A DNA stretch of 64,000 nt from an uncultured Gemmatimonadaceae bacterium (GCA_964637355.1 CAZWVG010000004.1:1517-65516), one strand, 5' to 3'; positions 10,342 through 20,665 are shown, counted from the stretch's first letter. Notes: generated from the letters alone by a model not told the origin. Made by a program: numbers and translations.

Positions 10342-11544
10342 TCAGTGACCCTCGGCGTGGGGAAAGGTGACGGGGCTCGTGATCGTGCGAAGGAAGGCGT
10401 CGAGCTGCTGCAGCTCCTTGTCCGACAGGCGCAACCGCTTGAGCTCACTGTGCCCGATGGACGCCTTTGGCGCGTTGTTGTAGTGCGTGAGCACTTCCTG
10501 CATCGAACCGAACTGCCCGCCGTGCATGAACGGGGCGCGATTGACCGCGTTGCGCAGCGATGGCGTCTTGAATGCGCCGACCAGCTCCTCCCCCTCGGTC
10601 ACGGCGAAGCGCAGCTCCGAGCACTCCTCTGGCTTGGCGTCGCTGTACGGCGAGAGGCAGTTGAACTCTCCCTTCATCGCCAGCTGCACGCCGGCGGTGC
10701 GTCCGCTGTCGTGCTGCACGCCCGAGCGCGACTGCGGCACGCCGATGTTGTGGAAGTGGTCGTCGGTGAAGCGCGGTCCGTTGTGACAGTCGGCGCAGTT
10801 GGCCTTGCCGATGAAGAGGCGCAGGCCGGCGCGCTCATCGGGCGACAAATCGTCCTGCGGTTGATGCGCGCCCCCTGCGACTTCCACCGCGACAAAGCGG
10901 TCGAAGCGACTCGGGGTGAAGGTGATCTGTCTCTCGTACGCCGCGATCGCCTTGCCGATGTTGGCGTACACGCGATTCACGTCGCTCCCGGCCTCGGGAG
11001 CAGCGCCGAAGACCTGCGCATACTCCTTGGCGTAGCGTTCGCGCACGAGCTGGGCGTACTGCGCCCGCGTTCCGCCGTGCTCGACCGCGCTCTCGAGCGG
11101 ACCGAGTGCCTGCGCCCAGTGACTGTCGGCGCGCCCGTCCCAGAATTGCCACGGACTGTACGCGGTCCCGGCGATCGGCATGGTACGACGCCCGGCAGTA
11201 CCCACGCCCTTGCCGAGGGCGATACCGTCCTGGAAGTCCTTCCCCGGCTGGTGACAGGTGGCGCAGGAGACACGCCCGTTGCCGCTCATCAACGTGTCGA
11301 AGAAGAGGCGAGCGCCAAGCCGTGCCGCGTCGGGGCGATCGGCGTAGGCGTTCGATGGATCGGCGGGGAGCGCGGGAAGCGAGGCGAGGGAGAGCGACTG
11401 GAGCATCGAGCGCTCGTCGGCGGTCCAGGGAGCGTCGGGGCGACTCCCGCCCTGCGTCGCCCAGGCTGCACTCCCGCTGTAGGCCAGCGGGAGTGCGAGG
11501 ACGAGGGCGGTTGCGGCGAGTCGGAGTGTGCGTGCGGAGGGCAT
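10342..11544 (-). CDS. di-haem cytochrome c peroxidase (CCP/MauG family)
   Basis: Two CxxCH motifs ('CATCH', 'CADCH'). The signal peptide 'MPSARTLRLAATALVLALPLA' follows from the internal ATG at 11544. Confidence 0.85.
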   Translation of the reverse strand: MPSARTLRLAATALVLALPLAYSGSAAWATQGGSRPDAPWTADERSMLQSLSLASLPALPADPSNAYADRPDAARLGARLFFDTLMSGNGRVSCATCHQPGKDFQDGIALGKGVGTAGRRTMPIAGTAYSPWQFWDGRADSHWAQALGPLESAVEHGGTRAQYAQLVRERYAKEYAQVFGAAPEAGSDVNRVYANIGKAIAAYERQITFTPSRFDRFVAVEVAGGAHQPQDDLSPDERAGLRLFIGKANCADCHNGPRFTDDHFHNIGVPQSRSGVQHDSGRTAGVQLAMKGEFNCLSPYSDAKPEECSELRFAVTEGEELVGAFKTPSLRNAVNRAPFMHGGQFGSMQEVLTHYNNAPKASIGHSELKRLRLSDKELQQLDAFLRTITSPVTFPHAEGH

Positions 11545-11552
11545 CGTCGTGC

Positions 11553-12011
11553 TCAGAGCTTGAGATTGAAGACGACGGTATCGGTCCCGGCGGCTGCGTC
11601 GACGCGGAACTTCACCACCCACCACCCGCCCATGTTGAACTTCATCCCCTCGACCAGGTGGTCGCCGCCCCCGAACTGGCGCGTGACGAGCGGCTTCGTG
11701 GGGAGCCCGTGACCATGCTGGGGCATTCCGCCCCACACGGAGATTGCAGCGGAGTCGACGGCGGTGCTGTCGACCGTTTCCACGTGCAGCGTCCAGGTGT
11801 GGAGCCTCCCTTCGGGGATCGAATCGCCAGTGGGCTTGATGGTCGCGCGGTAGAGCGCGTGCTCGCTCGTGCGCGTGCGTCCGAATTCCGACGCGGCCGG
11901 TGGCTTCATGAACATCATGCAGCCGTTGAGGAGCGTGAGCGACAGAGCGGCAAGCGAGAGTTGGAACGTCCGTGGAGCGGCGAAGCGGATGGTGCGAAGC
12001 AGGGAGCGCAT
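11553..12011 (-). CDS. FixH/YtkA-like lipoprotein
   Basis: Lipobox 'LLNGC'. 'WTLHVETVD...GGMPQHGHGLP...GGWWVVKFRV' resembles the YtkA/FixH Ig-like domain. The stop lies 8 nt before the CCP start. Confidence 0.55.
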   Translation of the reverse strand: MRSLLRTIRFAAPRTFQLSLAALSLTLLNGCMMFMKPPAASEFGRTRTSEHALYRATIKPTGDSIPEGRLHTWTLHVETVDSTAVDSAAISVWGGMPQHGHGLPTKPLVTRQFGGGDHLVEGMKFNMGGWWVVKFRVDAAAGTDTVVFNLKL

Positions 12012-12135
12012 ATGATCCTCAGGATGTGAGCGTGCGTGATGTGTGCGAGCGGTGTGTTGCGAGCAGAATGCTATCGGAGATGTGCGGGGAGGGATTGAAT
12101 GCAGCGGCTGACCTGTGCGCTGCGAGACAAACCGT

Positions 12136-12918
12136 CTACTGCGTGACGATGGAGAGGAGCGCCGTGGAGAGCGCGCGCACGGCGTCGCGCTTGCGGCCGA
12201 GCGGCTTCCCGAGCGAGAGGCGCAGGTAACGCCCGCTCGATTCGCGTGGGGCGTTGCTCACGCTGCTCTCGCCGGCACGCGTGGCCGGCGAGCCGAAGGG
12301 GCGCGAGATGCCCGCGCGTACCCCGATCGAAAACGCGCCGGTGGCACGCGTGGCGAGTCGAAGCTCGGCGGCCATGCCGATGCCGGCCAATGCGCTCGTC
12401 GACGAGAGCGACGAGCCGCGCGCCGGATCGCGTACCACATCGTCGTACGCCACGTCGTCGCGCTGCTCCATGCGAAGCGACGAGCGGCGCACGCCGATCG
12501 AGGCGAGTGACTGCACGAAGAGTCGCGGGCGGTCCACAAGCGCAATGCCGGCGTCCAGCGTCGCGCTCCCGAACGAAATGCGGTTCTTCCACGCCCCCTG
12601 CGCTGCGCGCTGCGGAAGCGCGGTCTCGCCGCTCCCGCCGATGATGAAGCGATCGAAGCGAGCATACGCCGAGACGCCGAACGTCGCCGCATCGGCCGAG
12701 AAGGCGGGGCGCTCGTGCGCCGCGAGCATCGTGTTGAGTTCGTCGAGCCCGAGGTGGGCTGTCCCCAGCTGCACGCTGACCGATCCCACCGACCAACGCG
12801 GGATGTATCGGGCGACAACGACGGAATCGGCGACTTCCTGCCCGCGAACGGTGCGGGAGGGTCCAGCGAGGCTGGCGCCGAGTGCGACCAGCGAGACGGA
12901 AAGGCGAAGCGTGATCAT
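12136..12918 (-). CDS. secreted hypothetical protein, probable outer-membrane beta-barrel
   Basis: Has a signal peptide and alternating beta-strand-like pattern, is Gly/Ser/Ala-rich, and is of beta-barrel-compatible size. Confidence 0.45.
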   Translation of the reverse strand: MITLRLSVSLVALGASLAGPSRTVRGQEVADSVVVARYIPRWSVGSVSVQLGTAHLGLDELNTMLAAHERPAFSADAATFGVSAYARFDRFIIGGSGETALPQRAAQGAWKNRISFGSATLDAGIALVDRPRLFVQSLASIGVRRSSLRMEQRDDVAYDDVVRDPARGSSLSSTSALAGIGMAAELRLATRATGAFSIGVRAGISRPFGSPATRAGESSVSNAPRESSGRYLRLSLGKPLGRKRDAVRALSTALLSIVTQ

Positions 12919-13128
12919 GATGGGGTCCGGTGTGGGTTGAGAAGTAACCGGACGATGCGCCGACGAGTTAGGGATCGCTTGAACGGAGCGGCTACCCCCG
13001 GAAAGTCAGCCCCTGCGTTCAAGTCGCCCCATCCCGGCATCGGCATCATTCACACGCGAACGGCACCTCACGCGTCCGCGAATAGCCGTCGACCTGTCGC
13101 CGACTCACTTCCATCGCCCGCACTTCCA

Positions 13129-13797
13129 ATGACCAGACGCCAACGTCTCATCGACGTGAGCCACACCGTCGAACAGGGAATGATCACCTACAAGGGGCTT
13201 CCCGCTCCCATCATCTGTGACTGGCGGAGCCGCGAGGAATCGCGGGCGATCTACGACGGCGCCGAGTTCCAGATCGGGAAGGTCGAGATGGTTGGTAACA
13301 CCGGGACGTACATCGACAGTCCCTTTCATCGTTATGCACTCGGCAAGGACCTCTCCGAGCTTCCGCTGGAGTCAGTCGCCGACCTGGAGTGCATCATCGT
13401 GCGCATCGACCCCACGGCCGGCGCATCGATTGACACCGTCCCACTCTCCCCGCACGACGTGCGCGGCAAGGCGGTCCTCTTCCACACCGGGTGGGACCGT
13501 CACTGGCGCACCGACGCCTACTTCGAGGGGCACGCCCACCTCACCGAGCGCGCCGCCGAGTGGCTAGTGAACGCGGGGGCGGCGCTGGTGGGGATCGACT
13601 CGATGAACGTCGACAGCATCGCGACCGGCGCGCGTCCGGTGCACACCGCGCTGCTCGGCGAAGAGATCCCGATCGTCGAGCACTTGTGCGGACTTGGCAG
13701 TGCGCCGACTCGCGGTGGTCGCTTCTCGGCGGTCCCCGTCAAGGTGAAGGGGTGCGGCACCTTCCCGGTGCGCGCCTACATCTCAGTTGCCGACTGA
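13129..13797 (+). CDS. cyclase-family protein (kynurenine-formamidase-like fold)
   Basis: 'LIDVSHTVEQGM...GNTGTYIDSPFH...LFHTGWD...LVGIDSMNVD'. The start is the ATG at 13129. The upstream part of the 12715 ORF is antisense to the neighbouring gene. Confidence 0.7.
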   Translation: MTRRQRLIDVSHTVEQGMITYKGLPAPIICDWRSREESRAIYDGAEFQIGKVEMVGNTGTYIDSPFHRYALGKDLSELPLESVADLECIIVRIDPTAGASIDTVPLSPHDVRGKAVLFHTGWDRHWRTDAYFEGHAHLTERAAEWLVNAGAALVGIDSMNVDSIATGARPVHTALLGEEIPIVEHLCGLGSAPTRGGRFSAVPVKVKGCGTFPVRAYISVAD

Positions 13798-14595
13798 CGC
13801 CTCGGCGCGGCGCACGTTAGGCTCGGGAAGCGACGGCGTAATGCGCATCGCCGACGGCGCGAAGGCGAAGTAGCGCACCGACGTGCGACTCAGGTGCGCG
13901 GCGTCGGCGAACCCCGCTGCGTGCGCCGCTTCGGAGAGCGTCGCCCCCTGCATGAGGAGATCCCACGTGAGGAGGAAGCGCTTCCAGAGAAGGAAGGGGC
14001 GCAATCCCATGCCCGTTTCTTCGCTGAAGACATGCCGGAAGCGACTCGGCGAAAGGCAGGCATGCGACGCGACTTCGTCGAGGGTGATCTGCCGCGCGAT
14101 GTGCTGGTTGATGTAGGCAATGGCAGTGAGGATCCGCGGATCGGTCACGACGGCGGGCTCGACTCCTTCGGCCAGCGTGCTCACCACCAGGCGGAGCATG
14201 CGGATCGACTCGTCGCGGCGTCCTGCCAGCGATTCCTCGAAGATCGCCCGCGTGATCCCGCGCAATGCCGGCGTTCCTACATCGGTGATGCCGGAACGCA
14301 GGTAGCGCTGCGCGATGGCGCGCCCCTCGCGCGTCTCCGGTTCCACGAAGATCACCGCGCCGTACGGCGAGTCGGTCACGTCGATCGAATGCGGATGGCG
14401 TGACGGGATCGCGGTGAGCGAATGCGTGCGCCACGGTTCCGTTTCGCTCGCGCGAACGCGATGCTCCCCCTCGCTCGCCACGAGGAGCTGCATCGCGTGG
14501 TGCGCATGCACGGGGATCGAGCGATCGTGGCGTCCGAGAAAGACGCACCCGCCATCCCACGCGAGAAACTGGCCGATGCCGACCTGCTTCGTCAT
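13783..14595 (-). CDS. AraC-family transcriptional regulator
   Basis: C-terminal double HTH 'ITLDEVASHACLSPSRFRHVFSEETGMGLRPFLLWKR...AAHAAGFADAAHLSR'. The 3' end overlaps the convergent cyclase gene by 15 nt. Confidence 0.85.
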   Translation of the reverse strand: MTKQVGIGQFLAWDGGCVFLGRHDRSIPVHAHHAMQLLVASEGEHRVRASETEPWRTHSLTAIPSRHPHSIDVTDSPYGAVIFVEPETREGRAIAQRYLRSGITDVGTPALRGITRAIFEESLAGRRDESIRMLRLVVSTLAEGVEPAVVTDPRILTAIAYINQHIARQITLDEVASHACLSPSRFRHVFSEETGMGLRPFLLWKRFLLTWDLLMQGATLSEAAHAAGFADAAHLSRTSVRYFAFAPSAMRITPSLPEPNVRRAEASVGN

Positions 14596-14638
14596 GGCGG
14601 CGAAGCTACCGGTGCCGGAGCGCCTTGGACAGAGGGCG

Positions 14639-15718
14639 CTACGCCGCCTCCCCCCTCGTGATGTGCCGCGCGACGAACGCGGCGTCGACACCCACTCCGC
14701 CGATCAGCGCCGACGCGATCGTGTGCTGAAAACGAAGCCCGACGAAGTAGAGCCCGGGCGCCTCGCGGACGACGCCGCGCTCCGTTCGCGGCGCCCGCCC
14801 GTCGGTCGGGAACGGAAGACGAATCCACTCGAAGTCGGGGGCGAACCCGGTCGCCCAGATCACCGTCTGCACGTCGAGGACCTTCCCGTCGGCGACAGGG
14901 GCACCGTGCTCCACCCCCGTCACCCGTCCGACTCGCTCGATGCCGGCGCGCGCGAAATCCCCCTCGGAGACTCCGACGACCGGGTCGTGCCTAACGCGGT
15001 CGCGCAGGAGTCGCCCCGCCCAGTTGTTCGACGAGAGTCGCGTGACCAGGGGCCAGAGCCACCAGTGAATGTCGCGCCCGAGGAGCCGGTTGGGGAAGTT
15101 GCGCATGCGCGCGCCGGCGAGCGTGACCGGGCGAAAGCGCGAGACCTCGAGCGCGATCCGCCCGCCGGCGTTGCCGACGCCGACCACCAGCACGCGCCCC
15201 TCGGGAAGCGCGAACGGGTTGCGGTATTCGCTCGAGTGCAGCTGCCGGATCTCGGGCGAGAGCGCTCCGGCGAGCGACGGAATGCTCGGTGTGTGGAAGG
15301 GGCCCGTCGCGACGACGACGTTGCGCGCCTCGTACGTAAGCTCCTCGGTCTCGATGCGATACCACCCGGCGAAGCGGGTGAGCGCCCTGACGCGTGTGTT
15401 GAGGCGGACCGGGAGGTCGAAGTGCTGCGCATAGCGCTCCAGGTAATCTGCCAGCTCGTCCTTGTCGGGGAGGTGCGACGAACGGGCGGGGAAAGGCAAA
15501 CCGGGGAGAGCGGTGAAGGCGGCGGAGGTGAAGACGCGGAGCGAGTCCCAGCGCTGGCGCCAGCTCTCGCCGATGCGAGGAGCCCCGTCGAGGATGAGGA
15601 AGTCGGCGTCGCGGCGTGCGAGGTGGTAGCCAACCGCCAGCCCCGCCTGGCCGGCGCCGATGACGATCGTGTCGTAGCGCTCGATGCGGGTGCGGGAGCG
15701 CGCGAGTTGGGGGAGCAT
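14639..15718 (-). CDS. FAD/NAD(P)-binding flavin-monooxygenase-like oxidoreductase
   Basis: 'YDTIVIGAGQAGLAVG' and a second 'VLVVGVGNAGGRIA' are Rossmann motifs. The start is uncertain (15718 or 15772). Confidence 0.7.
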   Translation of the reverse strand: MLPQLARSRTRIERYDTIVIGAGQAGLAVGYHLARRDADFLILDGAPRIGESWRQRWDSLRVFTSAAFTALPGLPFPARSSHLPDKDELADYLERYAQHFDLPVRLNTRVRALTRFAGWYRIETEELTYEARNVVVATGPFHTPSIPSLAGALSPEIRQLHSSEYRNPFALPEGRVLVVGVGNAGGRIALEVSRFRPVTLAGARMRNFPNRLLGRDIHWWLWPLVTRLSSNNWAGRLLRDRVRHDPVVGVSEGDFARAGIERVGRVTGVEHGAPVADGKVLDVQTVIWATGFAPDFEWIRLPFPTDGRAPRTERGVVREAPGLYFVGLRFQHTIASALIGGVGVDAAFVARHITRGEAA

Positions 15719-15971
15719 GGTACGGACTCGAAGCGTGGAGTGATGACGCCGGATCGACCGTCGCGGTGTCATCACGAGAATGCCACACCAGCGTCCAATC
15801 GTCTTGAACGCTCAGGCTGACCTGTCGTCGGCGAGCGCGGATGTCCGCGCCTCGACACCTGCGCCCCCGCGTTGCATTCTCACGCGTGACGAACCCACAT
15901 CATTCGCTTCATTCCATCACGTACCGGCTGCCAACGCCGGACCGAGGTAGCGCTACGCCGATGTTCGCCAT

Positions 15972-17222
15972 TTGCGCCCGATCGTGTGTGCGTCGGTCAG
16001 CGCGGGAGGGTTCGTGCTTTCCCTCCTGACCGGCATCCGCGTCATCGACTTCACCACCGTCGTTCTCGGTCCGTACGCCGGGCAGATGCTCGGCGACCTT
16101 GGCGCCGACGTCATCAAGGTCGAGCCGCTCGCCGGCGACGTCTTTCGCGCGGTGCGCCCAGGCCATCACGCCGAGATGGGCGCCGGCTACCTCAACCTCA
16201 ATCGCAACAAGCGATCGCTGGCGATCGACATGCGTCGCCCCGAAGGGAGGACGGTGATCGATCGGCTCGTCATGAGCGCCGACGTGGTGATCCACAACAT
16301 GCGCGCTGCATCTGCCGACCGGCTGGGGATCGGCTTCGAGCGCCTCAAGGGGATCAATCCGCGCATCGCCTACTGCTTCACCGCGGGATTCGGCGTCGGC
16401 GGGCGTGACGAGGACCTCCCCGCCTACGACGACACGATCCAGGCCCGCTCCGGCGTCGCCGCGCTCAATGCCCTCGCGACCGGGGAGCCGCGCTATCTCT
16501 CGACGATCGTCGCCGACAAGGTGGGCGGACTGCACCTGACGGTGGGAGCGCTGGCGGCGCTGGCCGCGCGCGACCGGGCCGGCGAGGCGACCTGCGTGGA
16601 AGCGCCGATGTTCGAGTCGATGGTCTCGTTCCTCATGGCCGAGCAGCTGGCGGGGCGCACCTTCGTCCCGCCGTTAGGCAGGACAGGGTACGACCGGTTG
16701 CTCTCGCCCTATCGCAAGCCGCATCGCACGGCCGATGGCTTCATCGGGATCCTCCCGTACAACACTCAGCAGTGGACGCGCTTCCTCACGCTGATCGGGC
16801 GCGACGACCTCGCGACTGACCCAAGGGTGACCGATCCGGTGGAGCGGAGCCGCAACATCGACATGCTCTACTCCATCATCGAGGAGGCGCTCCCCGCGCG
16901 CACCTCGAACGAGTGGCTCGCCCTGCTCGGCGAGCGTGACATTCCCTGCGCGCCGGTGAACTCGCTCGAGGAAGTGCTCGACGATCCACATCTGGCAGAC
17001 GTGGGGATGTTCGTCGAGATGGATCACCCGACGGAGGGGCGCGTGGTGAACGTGCGCTCCCCGTTTCGGAGCGGAGAGAGCACGGGCGACATTCCGGCCC
17101 CGCAGCTAGGCGGCGACACTCGTGCGCTTCTCACGGAGCTGGGGTACGGCACCGAGGAGATCGAGGCGCTCGTGTCGAGCAGCGTCGTGGGAACGCCGAG
17201 CGATGCGGAGGGCGCATCGTGA
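15972..17222 (+). CDS. family III CoA-transferase (CaiB/BaiF type)
   Basis: 'LTGIRVIDFTTVVLGPYAGQMLGDLGADVIKVEP' is the family signature. The true start may lie slightly downstream. Confidence 0.85.
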   Translation: MRPIVCASVSAGGFVLSLLTGIRVIDFTTVVLGPYAGQMLGDLGADVIKVEPLAGDVFRAVRPGHHAEMGAGYLNLNRNKRSLAIDMRRPEGRTVIDRLVMSADVVIHNMRAASADRLGIGFERLKGINPRIAYCFTAGFGVGGRDEDLPAYDDTIQARSGVAALNALATGEPRYLSTIVADKVGGLHLTVGALAALAARDRAGEATCVEAPMFESMVSFLMAEQLAGRTFVPPLGRTGYDRLLSPYRKPHRTADGFIGILPYNTQQWTRFLTLIGRDDLATDPRVTDPVERSRNIDMLYSIIEEALPARTSNEWLALLGERDIPCAPVNSLEEVLDDPHLADVGMFVEMDHPTEGRVVNVRSPFRSGESTGDIPAPQLGGDTRALLTELGYGTEEIEALVSSSVVGTPSDAEGAS

Positions 17223-18499
17223 GGCGGATGCGAATCGCTGCGAAGCTTCTCGTCGCGGTCTCGCTGCTGGCGGGCTGCGATGCGTCCAAGGCTCCGCCGT
17301 CAGCCGCAACGCCGGGCGACAGCGTACTCCGCGCCGACCTCCAGGCTCTCGTCGACGCGCATCAGCTCCCCGGCGCCACCGCCGTGGTCGTGCGCCACGA
17401 CAGCGTACTCGCTCGAGAGACGGTCGGTTGGCTCGACGTCGAGAAGCAGGTGCCGCTCCCCGAGGACGCGATCTTTCGCCTGTACTCGATGTCCAAGCCC
17501 ATCACCAGCGTCGCGATCATGATGCTCATGGAGCAGGGGAAGCTCTCGCTCGACGACCCCGCCGAGACGTATCTCCCCGAATTCCACGACATGCGGGTGT
17601 ATGTCTCGGGATCGGCCGACGACATGGTGACAGAACCCGTTAGGCGCCCGATCACCATTCGCGACCTGCTCACGCACAGCTCGGGAATCGTCTACCACTT
17701 CACCGGCAACACGCCAGTGCATCAGTACTACCGCAAGCACGGCGTCATACGCGACACTCCGGTCGGACGAACGCCGGAGGACGGGGCGCCGGCGCGCTCG
17801 CTCGACCAGCTCGTCGAACGCATCGGCAAGGCGCCGCTCCTGCACCAGCCTGGCCCGCCGTTTCACTACAGCTATTCCACCACGGTACTCGGCGCGATCA
17901 TCCAACGCGTGACGGGGAAGACACTCGACCAGGCACTGGAAGCGCTTCTCTTCACGCCGCTCGGCATGACCGATACCGGCTTCTTCGTCAGTGACGCGCA
18001 GCTTCCTCGCTTCACCACGCTCTACTCAGCGACCGAGTCGGGGATCGAGCCGATCGAGGCGCCAGTCACGTCGGACTATCGCGATCGTGCGCGCCTCCTC
18101 GACGGCGGTGGCGCGTTGGCGGCGACGGCGAACGACTACCTGCGCTTCGCCCGGATGCTCGCCGACGGCGGGACGCTCCACGGACGCACCTACCTCTCGG
18201 CAGCAGACGTGGACAGCATGTTCACGCCACGCGCGACGATCGAGGGGCTCGGTCCGCAGACCACCCCCTTCGGCTACGGCTTCGCCCTCGGCGACTCGGC
18301 GAGCGATGCAGCGCACCAGCTCCCGCTCGGCGGCGCGAGTTGGTCAGGCTCGGGGAACACCTACTTCTACGTCGATCCGAGACGTCACGCCGTGGCGCTC
18401 CTCATGACCCACGAGCTCACGCCTGGCGCCACCGCCCAACGCACCGCCACCTTCCGCGCGCTGCTCAACCGCGCCGCCGAGCGAATAATCGCGCACTGA
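17219..18499 (+). CDS. beta-lactamase-fold serine hydrolase, lipoprotein
   Basis: Lipobox 'LLAGC' and S-x-x-K 'SMSK'. GTGA overlap with the CoA-transferase stop (alternative ATG at 17228). Confidence 0.8.
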   Translation: MRRMRIAAKLLVAVSLLAGCDASKAPPSAATPGDSVLRADLQALVDAHQLPGATAVVVRHDSVLARETVGWLDVEKQVPLPEDAIFRLYSMSKPITSVAIMMLMEQGKLSLDDPAETYLPEFHDMRVYVSGSADDMVTEPVRRPITIRDLLTHSSGIVYHFTGNTPVHQYYRKHGVIRDTPVGRTPEDGAPARSLDQLVERIGKAPLLHQPGPPFHYSYSTTVLGAIIQRVTGKTLDQALEALLFTPLGMTDTGFFVSDAQLPRFTTLYSATESGIEPIEAPVTSDYRDRARLLDGGGALAATANDYLRFARMLADGGTLHGRTYLSAADVDSMFTPRATIEGLGPQTTPFGYGFALGDSASDAAHQLPLGGASWSGSGNTYFYVDPRRHAVALLMTHELTPGATAQRTATFRALLNRAAERIIAH

Positions 18500-18500
18500 T

Positions 18501-19790
18501 ATGCTCGCATTCGCCGGTTTGGCCACGATCGGGCTGGTATTGGCGGCGATCCTCAGCAAGCGGATGTCGCCGCTCGTGGCGCTGGCGAGCATCCCGTTCG
18601 TCGTCGCCCTCCTCCTCGGAAAGTGGGGGAGCGCGGGGAAGTTCATGCTGGATGGGATGGGGACCGTGGCGCCGATGGCCGCCATGTTCCTCTTTGCGAT
18701 CCTCTTCTTCTCGATCCTGTCGGACGCGGGACTGTTTCGACCGGTCGTCGAAGGCATCGTGCGCTTCTCGCGCGATCACCCGGCGCGGGTGGCGTTAGGC
18801 ACTGCCATCCTGACGACCATTGCCCATCTCGATGGCTCCGGGGCATCGACGTTCCTCATCGTCGTGCCGGCGCTCGTCCCGGTGTACGACCGGCTCGGAA
18901 TCGACCGTCGCATGCTCCCCTGCATCGTCGCCATGGCCGCCGGCGTCGGGAACATGCTCCCGTGGGGCGGGCCGACCATACGGGCGTCGACCGCGCTCGA
19001 GGTCCCGGTCATGGAGCTGTTCTCGCCGGTCATCCCCGTGTACGCCGTGGGGGTGGCAGCCATGCTCGGGTTGTCATGGTGGATCGGGAGCCGACACGCC
19101 GTTGCACCTGTCGGCCAGTTGCACGCTCCCGTCGCCGTCGAGCTCACCGACGACCGGGACCCCGTGCCGCTCGGTACGCGCTACTGGTTCAACGTCCTCA
19201 CCGTGGTTGCCGTGCTGGGGGTGATGGTCGCCACGCTCCTCCCGCCCGCCGCCGTCTTCCTGCTCGGGACCATCGTCGCGCTCACGGTCAACGTGCGCTC
19301 CACCGATGCGCAGCGCGACGCCATCAACCGTCACGCGCCGGCGGCGATCGCCATGGTCGCCATCCTCCTTGCTGCGGGAAGCTTCACCGGGATCATGCGC
19401 GGGACCGGGATGCTCGACGCACTCGCGCATGCGGGGGCCGAGCTGCTCCCGGGAAACGCATCACGCCATCTCCCGTTGGTGACCGGTGTACTGTCCATGC
19501 CGCTCTCCCTCTTCTTTGATCCCGACTCGTTCTACTTCGGCGTCCTCCCGGTGCTCGGCGGCATCGCGCAGCACGGCGGCGTGCCGGCCATTGAGGTCGG
19601 GCGGGCAGCGATTCTCGGGCAGATGACGACAGGGTTTCCTGTGAGCCCGATGACGCCGTCGACGTTTCTGCTGGTCGGGCTCGCCGGTGTCGAACTGGCC
19701 GATCACCAGCGCTACACCATACGGTATCTGTTCATCCTGACGCTCGTCATGGTCGTCGCCGCGGTGCTCGTCGGTGTGATCTCAGTGTAA
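18501..19790 (+). CDS. CitMHS-family citrate/carboxylate:cation symporter
   Basis: About 12 TM segments. 'HLDGSGASTFLIVVPALVPVYDRLG' and 'GNMLPWGGP' are typical of CitMHS. The start is 1 nt after the upstream stop. Confidence 0.8.
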   Translation: MLAFAGLATIGLVLAAILSKRMSPLVALASIPFVVALLLGKWGSAGKFMLDGMGTVAPMAAMFLFAILFFSILSDAGLFRPVVEGIVRFSRDHPARVALGTAILTTIAHLDGSGASTFLIVVPALVPVYDRLGIDRRMLPCIVAMAAGVGNMLPWGGPTIRASTALEVPVMELFSPVIPVYAVGVAAMLGLSWWIGSRHAVAPVGQLHAPVAVELTDDRDPVPLGTRYWFNVLTVVAVLGVMVATLLPPAAVFLLGTIVALTVNVRSTDAQRDAINRHAPAAIAMVAILLAAGSFTGIMRGTGMLDALAHAGAELLPGNASRHLPLVTGVLSMPLSLFFDPDSFYFGVLPVLGGIAQHGGVPAIEVGRAAILGQMTTGFPVSPMTPSTFLLVGLAGVELADHQRYTIRYLFILTLVMVVAAVLVGVISV

Positions 19791-20162
19791 TGACGAAGCG
19801 CTCGGTGTGACGGGCAGTCGCTCCGACGCTTTGGGATCATCCCCGAAACGGTTAGGCACAGGATCGCCGTCCATGCAGGCGAAGACGAAGTTCACGATCG
19901 GCACGATAAGCCACCATCCGGTGTGATCCGTGTCGTGCATCCGCCGAACGCCGACTGCGACGATCGGGACCATCACGGCGAGCTCATAGATCCTCGCGAG
20001 CACTCCTCCGTCTTCGCCTCTCGTCAGTCCCAGCACATCCTCCACGACCGCAATGACGATCATGATGAGCACGCTGAACAGCACGAAGTACCAATACTCC
20101 TTTCGCCGCGCGCGTCCAGTGAATGTCGCGTACGCTCGCAGCGCCTGGATGTACCACCCCAT
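19782..20162 (-). CDS. DUF805-family inner-membrane protein
   Basis: 'FTGRARRKEYWYFVLF...VRRMHDTDHTGWW' is the canonical DUF805 pattern. ATG at 20162. Confidence 0.8.
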   Translation of the reverse strand: MGWYIQALRAYATFTGRARRKEYWYFVLFSVLIMIVIAVVEDVLGLTRGEDGGVLARIYELAVMVPIVAVGVRRMHDTDHTGWWLIVPIVNFVFACMDGDPVPNRFGDDPKASERLPVTPSASSLH

Positions 20163-20665
20163 CTTCCCGCCTCCCTTCGCTCGAGCAGGTGAAAAGGACC
20201 GCTGCAGGTCCAATGATGCTGCGGCGGCATAGACCTTCTGTCAAGACGAGTCGCCCGCACGAGGACACGCTCTGGCTTGCACGCAAAGCAGTTGGAGATA
20301 CACGATGGCCGAACTTGCCACGAACATCGTCTGCAGCCGGTTCGACAGCGAAGCCGAAGCCGCCGCGCCGTACCGTTGTCCATGCAGTCGCTGACTCGGG
20401 AGCGTGACCGTTCTACGCGCCGACGCAGGCGGCGGTACGGGGAGCCGGCGCGACGTTCGCCTTCCCGGCGACGACTAAGCGCCAGGTGCCTGAGCTGCGA
20501 CCGCCAAGCCGGTAGGGGCGGCGGCGCTAGCGTTCGAGGTTCCGGCTGGTCGGCGATGGTTCGCGAGACGACGGGGTAACGCTTGATGCGCAGGTGAGCT
20601 ACGATCCGGGTATCGCGTCCGCATCGCATGATGCCTTGGCCTTCACCCTGCCCCCGTCGTCTCCC

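Noticed and set aside
20305-20394. 29-aa ORF 'MAELATNIVCSRFDSEAEAAAPYRCPCSR' in the long spacer upstream of the tannase gene (RiPP-precursor-like?)
   Set aside because: There is no adjacent maturation enzyme, no SD, and it cannot be distinguished from chance in a 450-nt spacer.
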